A DNA stretch of 64,000 bases, taken from assembly GCA_001179505.1 (NCBI GenBank), contig CDMY01000407.1, forward strand, positions 21,386 through 85,385. The letters run 5' to 3'. This stretch comes from Vitrella brassicaformis CCMP3155. Lineage: Eukaryota; Protista; Chromerida. This document shows, one piece after another, positions 1 through 12,466 of the stretch. Each line of letters starts with the position of its first letter. Position 1 is the first letter of the stretch. The translations under genes were made by a program, and so were the position numbers. Below the pieces are notes generated by a model. It saw only the letters and a list, made by a program, of their open reading frames with translations. It was not told where the DNA came from and did no database searches.

Positions 1-2792
1 TACGTCCACTATCCGCCAGAAGGACCGACACGCATCGGCTTCCACCCCAGCCATGCCCCATTTCCACGACGTTTCATCTCTCGCCTGTCGACCATCAGGG
101 CGCCAACCCGCCGCTACTCGAGCAAGGCCGGCAGTGCTCCAGATCTGGCGACGTTGATACGGCAGAAGAGTGCGGCCGAGAAGCTGAGTCGGCTGCGTGA
201 GCTGATGAAGGAGAGGGGCGTGAATGTGTATGTGGTCGGCACGAGGGACGCCCACAACAGCGAGTACACGGCTGACAGGGACGCCAGGAGGGCTTACGTT
301 AGTGGATTTGACGGGTCGGCCGGGACGGCTCTCGTCACAATGGACAAGGCCCTGCTGTGGACAGATGGCAGGTGAGTGAACAAAAAGTCAGTGCACTGGG
401 TGCCCTAATGGTCCTCTTCTCTCCCTTTGTGTGTTGTTTCGTTGCAGGTATTTTCTGCAGGCTGAGCAGCAGCTGGATGGCGACCACTGGGCGCTCATGA
501 AGACAGGCCTCCCCGACACACCCACACTCGAGAAATGGATAGACGAAAACGTCCCTGGTAACTAACGCACAACAGGCCGACCACCGCTCGAATCTGCTCT
601 CCATCCTCTATCCTCCTTTGCAGACGCCGTGGTCGGTATTGACCCCTACACCACGTCGATCAGCGGTCTGAAGCAGCTGAAGAAGCAGCTCAAGCGCAAA
701 GAGGTCAAGCCCATCAACGGCAACCTGGTTGACGAGATGTGGGGCGCCGACCAGCCGCCGATGCCGTGCGAGCCGGTGTTTGTGCACGCTGAGGAGCTTG
801 CTGGCAGGAACACGACCGAGAAGCTGGCAGGCATTCGGAAGAAGATGAAGGAGAAGAAATGCGACCTGATGGTCGTCACGGTGAGAACTGCACTCGGGAG
901 GGGGGAATGAGCGATGCAGCCCCCATCGGACTGTCTGTTTGTGATTGACTGTGTAGGCGTTGGATCAAGTGGCGTGGCTGCTGAATCTTCGCGGGTCCGA
1001 CGTGGCCTTCAACCCTGTCTTCTTCGCATACGTCACCATCACACCAGACGATGTCACGTACGCCCACCCGCCCCCCCACACACAGAGGAGGGGCAACCGC
1101 AAATCACACTCTCATCTCCCTTCCTGCCAGGATTTACTGCAACTCTGAGCGCCTCACCGCCGAAGCGCGCACACAGCTGCAGACACACGATGTCAGCATC
1201 CAGCCTTATGAGTCACTCACGGCCGACCTGACAGCAATGTCAGCAAAGCTATCGCCCGAGGGCAGGGTGTGGGTGGAGCAGGCGTGCAATCTCGCCGTCA
1301 AGACCGCGCTCGAGGCGGGGCTGGACGAGGAGAGGCGGAAAGGTGGCGACGACGACGACTGGCTGATGCTGCAGGATACCCCACTGGCGTTGGCTAAGGC
1401 CAAGAAGAACGATGCGGAGCTGGCGGGTGTGCGGGAGGCTCACGAGAAGGATGCGGTGGCTCTTGCCAACTTCTTTGCGTGGCTCGACAAGGCAGTCGAG
1501 ACCGGGGATGTCTGGAAGGAGGATGAGTGCACTCTGGCTGAGAGAGTGGAGGCATTCAGGGCACAACAGGTGGGCGAGAGAGATGCCGAGTGGGAGGGCC
1601 CGCGCATATCTCTTCCTCTCCGCCCGTTCAGGCTGGTTTTCGCGGTCCCTCGTTTCCCACCATCTCGTCAGTTGGGCCCAGTGGCGCCATCATACACTAC
1701 AGGTGAGTGCAGTCGAGACCAGCATGAGAGACCCATTGCGATGCGATGTCCCCTCTCCTCTCTGTGTCCATCCTGTCATTGCGCTGCAGGCCTGAGGAGG
1801 GCAATTGCCTGACGGCCCAGCCCGTCATGTATCTGCTGGACTCGGGAGGCCAGTATGAGGAGGGCACCACTGACGTCACGAGGACTGTCCACCTGGGAGA
1901 CCCTAGTGACTTTGAGAGACAATGCTGGACACGAGTACTCAAGGTGAGAACGACGTAAGGGATGGAATACACAGCCTTGGTCCACCCATCCATCGATCTC
2001 TCCGTGTGTGGTGGTTGCATTCAGGGTCACATAGCTCTAAGCCAGTGTGTCTTTCCGCCCAACACCAAGGGCCCCCAACTGGATGCCCTCGCGAGGACGT
2101 CACTGTGGGCCTACGGCCTGGACTACCGACACGGCACCGGCCATGGGGTGGGCGCATTCCTGCACGTACATGAAGGGCCGCAAGGCATCTCGCCCAACCT
2201 CAAAGTGAGACCATGAGCAGAAACAAACTTCACAGAATGAGTTAATCCCGTGTGTGTGTGTGTGTGTGTATATGTGTGTGCGGCACAGGGCAGCTCGGCT
2301 GAGACGCCGCTTGATGTGGGCATGATCGTGTCCAACGAGCCCGGCTACTACCACGACGGCCACTTCGGCATCAGAATCGAGAATCTCATCACCGTCAGGG
2401 AGGTCGACACAGCGCACTCATTCGGGGGCAAGAAGTACCTCGCCTTCGAGCCTCTCACTCTGGTACGTGCCTTGCCTAGCCACCAATGACACAAACGAAA
2501 CGACCACCTGCGGTCAGTATTTCTCTGTTCACAGGTGCCATTTCAGCGCAAGATGATCGACCTGTCACTGCTGAGCGATGATGAGATCAAGTGGGTCAAC
2601 GCCTATCACGAGAGGGTGCGCGAGACGGTCGAGAGGCGGCTAAGGGAAGAGGAGCAACGCTCCAGTGGGTCCCCGACAGTCGATAACAGCGATGTGATTG
2701 CATGGCTGAGGGAGGCCACCGCCCCACTGACGCGGCCGTCAGCGGCAGGAATGACCGAGAGAAGGGAAATGGAGACTGTGGCAGCTGCGTGA
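1..2792 (+). CDS. Xaa-Pro aminopeptidase (aminopeptidase P, M24B), multi-exon, 5' end outside the window
   Basis: Frame is open from base 1. Spliced exons give DAHNSEY...[64 protein letters not shown] and [18 protein letters not shown] (M24 metal ligands). GT-AG introns (e.g. 372-447); TGA at 2790-2792. Confidence 0.95.
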
Positions 2793-3361
2793 GCTCTTGT
2801 ACATTGCTTGATGCGTTCTCGCGGCTGTGAGTTTTTGTCCCTTTTGGCCTTTCATGTCTTTGTGTGCGTGGGTGGAGTGGATGTGAGACCCGCTGGCAGA
2901 TAGGGCGTGTTGTGTTGTGTGGACTCGCAACAGACAGCATGGTGAGTGACATGACGATCGATTAATACCAAACTGGTCCGACGACAGACAAACAGCAGCT
3001 GTCAGCAACGAAAGAAACCGAAGAACACCCCCCAGCCCTACACGAATGAATNNNNNNNNNNNNNNNNNNNNNNNNNNNNNNNNNNNNNNNNNNNNNNNNN
3101 NNNNNNNNNNNNNNNNNNNNNNNNNNNNNNNNNNNNNNNNNNNNNNNNNNNNNNNNNNNNNNNNNNNNNNNNNNNNNNNNNNNNNNNNNNNNNNNNNNNN
3201 NNNNNNNNNNNNNNNNNNNNNNNNNNNNNNNNNNNNNNNNNNNNNNNNNNNNNNNNNNNNNNNNNNNNNNNNNNNNNNNNNNNNNNNNNNNNNNNNNNNN
3301 NNNNNNNNNNNNNNNNNNNNNNNNNNNNNNNNNNNNNNNNNNNNNNNNNNNGGTTCTGCAC

Positions 3362-4750
3362 TCAAACAGGCTGGTCGTCATCTTCTTTGTTGGTCTTGGT
3401 GTTCTGTCTCTCAGGTGGAATCTCAGACGTCTGCCACTCGAACGAGACAAACGACGGCCGATTCTCCATGTTGTTGGTCCCCCCTCCCTCCTCATCCCCC
3501 CTCTGATCCCCCTGCCCCTCCCCAAGTTGCTGCTGGGGCTGCTCGAATGGCGCGAAGGCTCCGCTGCTCGACAAGAGGACATTGCTGCTTCGCGACTGGC
3601 TCCGGTGGGACTGGCGAGAGACGCGCCTGCTGCCCCGTCGTGAGGAGGGGAGGAACTTCTTGTTGTCCTTTATGAACCGCTTGGCGCCGCACTCGGGTGA
3701 GAAGTAGAGTGTGGATGTGAGCAGCCGGATGCAGACGGTGTCGGAGGGGTTGGTCACGCCGCCGCTGTTCCAGGTCAGGAAGAAGAACCACGTGCAGGAG
3801 GGCTGAACCTCACCCTCAGCCACTGCAGCATACACAACGGAGCGGTGTCGTCCTCGGTGTCTCGTCTCTCTCTCACTCTCTTTCTCTCTCTTTCTTTGTG
3901 TCGACCTGTCTGGCTGTACTTCTCGATGGTGATGATTTCATTGAAGGGGACCATTCTCGTCTTGGCGACGAATCTGAGGATGTACTTTCGCTTCTCGACG
4001 TCCCTCGTCAGTGTGAGGGGTATGCGGATAACGAACCACACCCAGAAGGGGACGAATGGGATGATGCACACCATGGCAAGGGGGTTGTCCGTCACCATCC
4101 ACAGCGACACTATCAGGCCGATTGCTATGATCAAAGTACCTGAGACAAGAGAGGGAGGGAGGAAGGCAATGCCAGAAAGATCTTTCCTTGCTGTCGTTTC
4201 GTGGGTCTTTCTTCTCACCGACGAGGGGATTGATGTATGATGCAATGAACTCGGGGTAGTACACTTTGGTGTCTGTCTGGGTCAGGGCCTCCCCATTCAG
4301 CACCTTTTTCATCATCTCGGGCGGCAGACTGATCTCCACGCTCTTGCGCCGCTGCTCGACGCTCCGCCCCTTCTCACCCTCCACCACTTTGACCCTGAAC
4401 GACGACCTCAGCGGGATATTTCGCGCCACAGGAGTCTTGCTCACAATGCTGCCCCGGTTCGCAGGCGACGTGAGAGGGCTGAGGGCGTCAGCATAGATGT
4501 TGTCGTCACTGAGGAGCTGCTTCGGCGGCACTCGGCTGCTCTGGACAGGAGGGGGCCTCGGGACGAAGCTGCTCCTCGCGGCTTCTCCGGCTTGGGGTGA
4601 GGTGGGGGGACTGTGTCCGTGGTGGGGCTCGTCCTGTTGTGCTGGGGTGCCTACCGGCATTGGGGTCTCTGTCATGATGAAGTCCTGCACGGCGTCGTCA
4701 ATGCTGTTCAAACGGTCAGCAAACTCGGTCTGAAGGATGTGCACCGCCAT
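3362..4750 (-). CDS. Hypothetical membrane protein: disordered N-terminus, two TM helices, small beta-rich (PH-like?) domain; 3 exons
   Basis: ATG at 4750 (MAVHILQTEF...). Exons from ORFs 3938-4774, 3775-4245 and 3362-3835 join via GT-AG introns. Hydrophobic LIIAIGLIVSLWMV and LAMVCIIPFVPFWVWFVI segments. Confidence 0.6.
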
Positions 4751-4949
4751 ATGTCGCTTCGACAGAGGCCCCAAAAGATCGAGGCCCCCAAAACCAACCG
4801 CGGCGTCTCAGCTCGTTCACTCGCTCGCCCTTCGGCCGCCTTGATCAAGCCCCGATTGTACCGTCAGGCGTCGAAGGAGCCTCTGCCCTTCCCCCGTCCC
4901 ATCTTCCGTCGCCACCTTCTCTCCCCCCGGCACAGAGACTGCGCTCGAC

Positions 4950-5261
4950 ATGTCAGCAGCGGCCCCTCCAAAGGATCCCGAGGTGCCTCTGGCCGTCACG
5001 AAGGAGGTCCACATGCACGCCGAGGAGATCGACTTCGCCATAGCCGCCGCTAAGAAGAGCTTCCAGTCTCTCATCCGCAATGACATCCGTCTCTGGCAGG
5101 AGGTGGCCGAGGCGATAAAGAAGGAGTTTGATGCGCACTATAAGGGGACGTGGCACGTGATTGTGGGGCAGCACTTTGGCGCTTTCGTGACGCACGAGAC
5201 GCACCACATGATCTGCTTCAAGATGGGCGGCGTCAACTTCCTTATCTTTCGACACGGCTGA
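4950..5261 (+). CDS. Dynein light chain type 1 (LC8 family), single exon
   Basis: 103 aa containing the LC8 signature VAEAIKKEFDAHYKGTWHVIVGQHFGAFVTHE...FLIFRHG. Confidence 0.92.
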   Translation: MSAAAPPKDPEVPLAVTKEVHMHAEEIDFAIAAAKKSFQSLIRNDIRLWQEVAEAIKKEFDAHYKGTWHVIVGQHFGAFVTHETHHMICFKMGGVNFLIFRHG

Positions 5262-6188
5262 CTCTGCGTACCATGCATGAACAAACACACGTACACGTAC
5301 GTGCAGTGCATGGCGTCAATGACTTGCCAATGCAATGCACTCAATGGTTGCTCTGCTCTCGCCCCGTCCCATACATACACAATTCTTCACTGACATACGT
5401 GTTCGGAGGTCATGCGCGCACATACATACATACATGCATACAGACAGACAGACAGCCACACACGCTGTCTGTCGCACTCACACGCTTCTCGCACTCCATC
5501 TTGGCCTCACGCAACCTGAATGCGATGAAGCCCCAAGAGGGAAATGGATGGCCAGTCGCAAATGCCGTGGGCATCGCTCCGTGTGCTGCTCACCTCTCCG
5601 CATCAGCCGCCCTGTGCTCGGCGGCGATATCGCGCTGCATCAACCTGCACAAGACAACGCAACACAACACAGACACTGAGAGCTTTCACTTGCCATTGTT
5701 GCGCCGTACGTGCCATCGTGTGCCCAGAGCTCGCCAGCAACGCTGCAGACGTACACGAATTCATGCATTCAGACGGCATGTGCGACCGTCAAAATGCATG
5801 CATATGCCAGACAGACAGACAAGAAGGCACACAGAGAAACAGACGGAAGAAGAAACAGGAGAGAGATTTTGGCTGCCTGATGTGATGCCCCTCTGCATGT
5901 ATACATGTGGGGCTGTCCAGATTGATTGGTGGACGGATGCGTGCTGCCTGACTCATATCGATGGTCCATATGGTATGGAGGGGTTCACATGTTGACTTAC
6001 TGACCCATTCACCTCAACCGAACACGCACGAATTCTCCCATAGTACTCACAACCACACACGCAGCACAGCACCCACCCACACAAACTGACTGACACAAAG
6101 AAAGGGCCCCTCCCCATGGTCACGTCACACAAGCCAAGTCACGTCAGCCACGTATGTCTGCCGTGTCAGTCAACACAGAAATGACTTA

Positions 6189-6861
6189 ATTACTTGCCGT
6201 TCACAAACTGCTGCTATTCTATTCGGTGCCGATCACTCGTTGGCAAACAAACACTCACGAATGAATGCCACACGTACCGAAAAAGGCAGCAGCCCTCTGC
6301 CCCTCACCGCCCTCATCGCCCTTACCGTCCTCCTGGTGCCTGGCGTCCCTGGGCACCAGCATGATGAGCGTCTTCTGTGTCGACGGGCTTGGGCGGAAAG
6401 GCCGCTGATCCTGATGGTCACACACGCACACACGTGAGTGTCGATGTCACCTCCTTCGTGTGCAGCGTACGCGGAGGCAGTGGCTGCAGCAGCTTCACGA
6501 TGATCGGATTCTCCTCACTCTTGCCCCTACGCACACACACAAGCCAGCCACACACTCAGTAAGTATGTCGACTGTGGGGTGCGGGCGGTGCGCCGTGGTC
6601 AAGCGCGTACTGTTCGCCGAACACCTCCTCGATGGTGTCATTGTCCTGAGCGTCGAGATGGCCGATGAACTTCACGTCGTCTGGGCCGGTGGCGCCCGGG
6701 AGGAGACTCTTCAGAGACCACTTTAGGTGCCGCACGGTCCTGAAGTTGCCCTCGTCGATGAGGGAAGTGCAATCGAAGGTGAGGACCGAGGTGGCGTGGT
6801 TCTCATCATAACGGCACTGGAAGAAGCGGAAGTTCGGCGGAATCTCCATTCCCGACCACAT
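6189..6861 (-). CDS. Hypothetical protein with possible ubiquitin-like domain, multi-exon
   Basis: ORF 6556-6882 (TVRHLKWSL...DAQDNDTIEEV resembles the ubiquitin-fold pattern TVxxLKxxI...DxxTL). Further spliceable exons near 6440-6525 and 6265-6410. Boundaries approximate. Confidence 0.4.
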
Positions 6862-7479
6862 TTCGTTGCCTCGTGATCGCAACGAACCAAATCAATAATG
6901 TGTAACAGTATTATTATTGTGTTAGCATTTGGCCATGCATCGCTCGAGCACCCGCCCTCCACCCCGCACGCAATCGACCATGGCATTCTGGCACTGTCCC
7001 AAAACGACACGTACGCAGGGCACCACTTCCTTGTCTCCACGTTGCACGGCCATTCATTCTGGAAGGCCTCATCGCCCCTTCAACAGCTGAGAGGACCATG
7101 AGAGGACCAGGACACGCAGCCCACAGAGCAGCGCAGAGATATGTACATGAAGAAAAGCCGTGCCCGCAACCACATAAAACGAATGCGGTTGTCAGTCCAT
7201 CAGACGTCAGCCACACTTGGTAGACATACCACCTTCTTTGCTAGGTAAGGACGCAACCGCACGCGAGAAAGCTGTCATCCCCTCAGCTAGCAAAAAGACA
7301 CACACACGGCTGCAGACGAGCTGAGCCGCTGGTCCTGACGCAAGTCATCCGTCTCTGATCGACACGACGGACAGGCTACTGTACACCCATCATATCATCC
7401 ATCGCACATACGTACAAAAACAACCACCCCTCCCTCCCTCCCTCCCTACTACCCAGGCAGCCAGTGGCCACACGACAGT

Positions 7480-8410
7480 CTAGCTGTCACTCACAACCAA
7501 CAGAGTGATGACCCTCTTCATCCACTGGGATGGGAAGGCGTCGATTCGGTCCAGGAAGAAGTCGAGGAAATCCCGCGCGACCCCCGTATAGGGAGCCCCC
7601 AGCAGCCGTCTGCGCTTGCCGGCGTCTCTCAGCGCCCGGATGATGTTGTTCTCGCACTGCGGCGGCACAGCCACGTGTGGGGACAGCTTCAGCAGCTCTG
7701 TCAGGATCAGCAGCTGCAACGAGAAGGACGAGACGGAGCGAAAGACGCAAGAAGCATATGCACGGAGCTGATTTCTCTCTCCTGTCCTATGCTTACATTG
7801 TCATAGTGTTCGCATTGGTCTGGTCGCGGGGACGTGTAGGGCCAGGACAGCACGAATGCCTGCATCCGTGACCTCAGTACCTCCATCTTAACACACACAC
7901 ACACACACACGCACACAGAGGGGAGAGGCACAGAGGTCAGTGATGAGAGCAGATCGTCGCTTATTCTCGTGAGCTACCTGGTAGTGGTCGGCAAGCTGGA
8001 GGATCTCCACCACCATCGAGGAAGGCAGCTTGCGCAGCTCACTCGGCGACAAGATGGTCTCCAACCAATCCTGATACGGCGAGACCAAACCAAACACGCC
8101 ATACGAACACTCCACATGAGCTCTTCCCTTTGTTGTTTGCGTCCCGCCTCACCTTTCTGTTGAAGATCTTGAGGACGTCGAGCAGCCACTCAATCGCCTC
8201 CCCACTCACACGAGACAGCGAGTCCCTGCTGCCGCCCAGCTGCCCGATGGTGATGGTTTTGGTCTCACTCTCATGCATCGACCCTTCCAGCTCCGCACGC
8301 AGGACTTCAGAGGCGTTGGTCAGCTGACTGGCAGGGACGATCACCTCTCTCTGACCCTCCTTGGCCTCGTAGCGCACATGCACAAAGTAATCCTCTCCCG
8401 AGACAGCCAT
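7480..8410 (-). CDS. BTB/POZ domain protein, 3 exons
   Basis: VIVPASQLTNASEVLRAELEGSMHESETKTITI (BTB N-half) splices to ...VVEILQLADHYQV (BTB C-terminal helix, ADxYxV) and a terminal exon LLILTELLKLSP... Confidence 0.75.
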
Positions 8411-8829
8411 CTTCGCTCCGTATCATGTGAGCGGTCACAAGCACGTCATCTCACAGATCTCAGAAGCCTTCCTTGGGAACGAGGCCGTTGGGTCGTCAAA
8501 TGCGGGTTTGCGGAATAGGGCGCTCCTTGAAACCGCTGATGATGTCCAGAGGCGGGGGATAGCGCGAGGCCGACCAACGGCGCATGGGTGTCGTCGTAGG
8601 TTGCTCGAGGCCCACATCCTTCTCGAGGGTCAACAGACTGTGGTATGAGTTCGGTCGTTTCTGGTGCGCGATGCGGCGGCGAGGAGTGCTGGATCTGGTC
8701 ATCTGGAGCTGGTCAGCTGCTTACAAATACAGCAGTGAGTACATTGATTGATGATATGATTGATGAGAGCCATCCATCATCTTGGTGGTCTGTGTGTGCA
8801 TGTGTTTGCCACTTGTTTGCCTGCAGGTA

Positions 8830-9500
8830 CAGCTGGTGTCGCCAGGTATGGAGTCTCACACATCCACACGTTCCCGGCTCCCTCGCGTCGAGGCGTGTCC
8901 AAGGCATGACACGGCCTCGACGTCACAGAGCATCTCATCTGCCCTGTGGGAGCCACACTGGCGGCCCTCTCTTTAGGCTGACGGCGCAAAGGCCTCGCTG
9001 TCAGTATAGGCGGAGGGCCACACTCGCTCACACACAGCAGAAAGGCCATGATGAGATGTGTCGTCCGTGTATTGTGCTGCTTGTTCAGGTTGAGTGCGAG
9101 GAGCGTGAAGCTGTCTTTATTGTGCATTGGTTGGACACACACGGGCCGCGGGAACATAACATTCGTCGGCTGGCGGCCCTTTGCACAATTTCGATGAGGC
9201 TCATGACGGCCTGGACTGAAAGGTGAGTGAGCCAGCGCCCCACAAAGCTCAACCACCTGTGCAAGAACACTCATGTGTCGTGTGTTGTGTGTCCTGGGGG
9301 TGTGGGTCTGGGCAGCCCGTGATCCTTTCCAGCTCTTGCGCGGTGAGATGCGGGACGCTGTAAGGCCCTAAGCAACTATGCCAGGGCGCCCGAGAGCGAG
9401 GAGGGTAATTTCAGAGGGCAGTCATGATTCGCTGCCATGTCAAGCCTGCTGGCAAGTACAAGAACCTGGCTGTGCAGCTGGCGCTATCCTGCTCTACGCA
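8830..9500 (+). pseudogene. Degenerate histone deacetylase (HDAC11-like) fragments
   Basis: One frame reads PVGATLAALSLG*RRKGLAVSIGGGPH (cf. recalled HDAC11 GGTILAGKLAVERGWAINVGGGFHH). Later pieces FIVHWLDTH (cf. IIDLDAH) and PAGKYKNLAVQLALS (cf. SGGYQKRTARIIADS). In-frame TGA at 8907 and 8979, plus further stops. Confidence 0.4.
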
Positions 9501-9519
9501 GGTTAGTCGAAAGAGACAC

Positions 9520-10045
9520 TCTGACGAATGCAGCTGCCATCCATCCACCCACCTCCTTCCCTGTTGCATCATGTATGTGTGCAGCGGCTATGCGGCTTCT
9601 CTGCTGCTCGACTGCGTCGAAATCGCCCTCTCCTCTCCCTGGTTTGCTCTCGCGAGGCAGCCAAGGCTGTTTGTTTACGAGCGGCAGCCGAGTGCAACTC
9701 ACGACGAGCCCCCAATTCAACAGAGCGGGACAGGCCCGCTCTATTTTTGTTTTTTACATACCCTTGACGTGCGCGACGCGACTCTCGGGGTGGGTGCGTT
9801 ATCGTTTAGGGTTTAGATGAGATGGGATGTGCAAGTGCACAACGCGGCCACATGTGTGAGACGACTCTCATGGGAAGACTGACTCATCATGTCTCTTGTA
9901 AATGGCAACTCGGAAGACGTCTGTCGCTCGGACATGGCATTCATTTACACCATTCATCGCCATCCCATTCATGTGTCTGCCTGCCTGCCTCTCTGCCTGC
10001 CCTCTAGCCGTCACTGGATGGATGGATAGATAGAATTGCTGCAGC
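9520..10045 (+). repeat. Diverged duplicated non-coding block, copy A (copy B at ~15640-16180)
   Basis: Shared core CCTTGACGT..GCGACGCG.CTCTCGGGGTGGGTGCGTTATCGTTTAGGGTT...ACTCTCATGGGAAGACTGACTCATC...TTGTAAATGGCAA. Confidence 0.9.
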
Positions 10046-10689
10046 CGAGACTCACAATGGCATACTGATTCAAGGCACTGGTTCAAGGCGACATGTCTCA
10101 CATCGCCCTGATAAAAAATCTACCCAGACAGGCTGAATAGGCACCTCACAATCATATTTGAAAAGTGGATCGAGATCGAAAGGCTTCGACAGGGATGGAG
10201 GATGATAGTAAGAGATCGATCTAATCGAAAGGCTCACAAACATATCGTTGACCAAAGAAAAGACACAAACACGCAACCGGACAAGCAGGCAAAAAAAGCT
10301 GTGGTGTCGTTTCCAACCGCACGTGTAATTTTTTGATACGACCGTAATGCGTTAAGGGCGCGGTGCGATGCCGTGTAGGCAGGAGTGGGAATTAACTCAT
10401 GCAGAAGGTCCGAGTGGGTCAAGTGCATACATGGTCCAGACAGACAAGGAAGAAAATATGCACAAAGACACCTCTATGGGGCGTCCAACCTGACAGAGTC
10501 CCATGCTTATGAGAATGAAATCAGCCAGCCCGTCCCACGCGTACATACGCACGCGCACTCAAACGCACACGCACACACCGGCATTCAATAAAAGAGAATT
10601 GCATGGATGCACCCTTGTCGGAGCCACGCAGGCAGGCTTGGTCACTGCACGACGCCGCCCGTACTCCCTTCGTCAGTGCACATCATCCA

Positions 10690-11400
10690 TTACTTGAACG
10701 CGGTCAGCACAAACGACCGCTTCGCCCAGTTGATGACCGGGGACCAGCGCAGCTGCTGCAGCGCCATCATTCCCAGCACGTTGACGCCCGCGAAGTGTCC
10801 GTGCGACCGCGAAAACTGCACATCGGCACCCTCTTCAATTCGCACCAACATGCTTCGCAGCATGCTGCCGTCGGGGTACTTGCCCGCGCCAAGCGCCTTC
10901 ATGGTCTTCTCGCTGAGGAAGCTGTGCGCCGTTTATGTGCTCACCACGAAGACCACGTTGAGCGACTTGCCCGGCTCCAAGCTGGTGCCGTCAGCTGCGT
11001 TGAGTGGCGGTGACTTCCGACACACCAAGGGGAGCATGAGGCGCAGGTAAGGACCCACCACCTTGCCCGCCTTGGAGTCGAGTTTCTTCGAGGCGGGAGC
11101 CGCCTCCGAGAGGTACCCAACACCGAAGTTGGGCGTGCAAGTCGCTTGAATGTCATCCTCGTTCAGCTCAGTCAGGCACAGGTCCTCCTCGTGAGGCACA
11201 GGCCCAACGCCTTCCACCGGCATCGCTACAGGAAGCCCTGAACACGCAAAAACACACACCCACACACCAATTGCCACGCACACACACAGTCAAGAAGCCG
11301 ACGCTTCTCTCTGTTGCTGATCTACCTAGGAGCTCGTCCCCTCACCACAAGGTCGTCGTACGTATTGCCGACGACGAGGTGCGCCCGAGGCGGCGGCTTA
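10690..11400 (-). pseudogene. Retropepsin-like (clan AA) protease-fold gene with an in-frame stop, paralog of 16297-16803
   Basis: LNVVFVVST*TAHSFLSEKTMKAL...SHGHFAGVNVLGM. TAA at 10933-10935 falls in the position of the D-T-G motif. The 5' limit is approximate. Confidence 0.6.
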
Positions 11401-11659
11401 CCCAATAATACAACTCGGGGATAGTTCAATCGCGAGCTGGAAACAGTAGTTAGTAGAAAGTAGAAACCCTAAAAACCCGAGGGATCGACCTGCAGCTCGC
11501 ACAGAAGAAGTCCCGACGCGTTTTCGCGCGAAGAGAGTTCTGTCTGACCAACATCCAACAGCGGAGCGTTCCCACCGCCAAACAGCTTGTATGCACGTGT
11601 GTGGGTCATCAGGGAGCTTGGAGTTTGGTAATTGAGAGCGGGAAACCATGGCAGACAAC

Positions 11660-11890
11660 GAAAGAAGGCCACATCTGAAGGTGTCAAAGTCATGGAAGAC
11701 AGGCAGACAGGAAAAGGCCACATCTGGAGGTATTCACGCGGAGGAAGTCGGACACAGATGCTGCTGCAGATGAGGAGGCTGTCCGTTTCGTGCACATGAG
11801 AAGGTTGTCTGTGTCCAAGCCACATCTGGAGGTGAATTTCACACAGAGAAAGTCGGACACAGATGAGGGGGCTGTGCGTTTCGCGCGATG
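11660..11890 (+). repeat. Imperfect local tandem repeat
   Basis: GCCACATCTG(G/A)AGGT occurs three times and AAGTCGGACACAGATG twice. GCGATGTGTTGTCGT(G/T)CGTGTGGAAGACGGT recurs at ~11885 and ~12063. Confidence 0.75.
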
Positions 11891-12466
11891 TGTTGTCGTG
11901 CGTGTGGAAGACGGTTATGTTGTGTATGTACAGGCACCTGCTCCTAGCAGCGTTGCTTCTGGCGAGGAGACGTGTCCATCCATCGGCCGACGCGTATTCA
12001 TTGCGGTGCTGTGCGTGTGTGGTGCAGGTGGCGTTGAGTTATGTGCTGCTGTGTGTGTCCAGGCGATGTGTTGTCGTTCGTGTGGAAGACGGTGCAGGTG
12101 TGTCGAGTTGGTCTGTGGTGTGATTGCGGTGGTATGCGTGTGTGGTGCAGGTGGGGGAGATATACATGCAGGTGAAAAGCACAGGGCACAGAGAAGCACG
12201 TCTGTGCATGCATTTGTGTGTGTATGTGTGTGTGTGTGTGTGTGCGCGCGTAGGCTACTCAGTGATGGTGGCGAGTGCATTGCTGGAAGCACTGCTGGAC
12301 GCTGAAGGCGCACTTGGCACTGAATTGCTGTGAGTGAACAAGGTAGGAATGAAGGAAGGAAGGAAATGGGATGGATGTGTGATTGTGCTCGTGTGCGTGA
12401 CTGTATGTATATGTACAGCTTACGCCTTAATGATTTTGTATTTGACGATGTGTGGTTCGTTGCAGG

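Noticed and set aside
2739-3675. Long ORFs spanning the first N gap
   Set aside because: Artefacts of translating Ns.
5262-6180. ORFs rich in HT/CV/TD dipeptides here and throughout the window
   Set aside because: These are translations of (CA)n, (CAGA)n and (CCAT)n microsatellites in introns and UTRs, or antisense shadows of real genes.
9804-11472. TTTAGGG/AAACCCTA telomere-like motifs (also near 15925 and 40955)
   Set aside because: Only 1-1.5 units each, not an interstitial telomeric array; chance or telo-box use cannot be distinguished here.
11660-12100. Spaced repeats resembling a CRISPR array
   Set aside because: The repeats are unequal, degenerate and irregularly spaced, the genome is eukaryotic and there are no cas genes.
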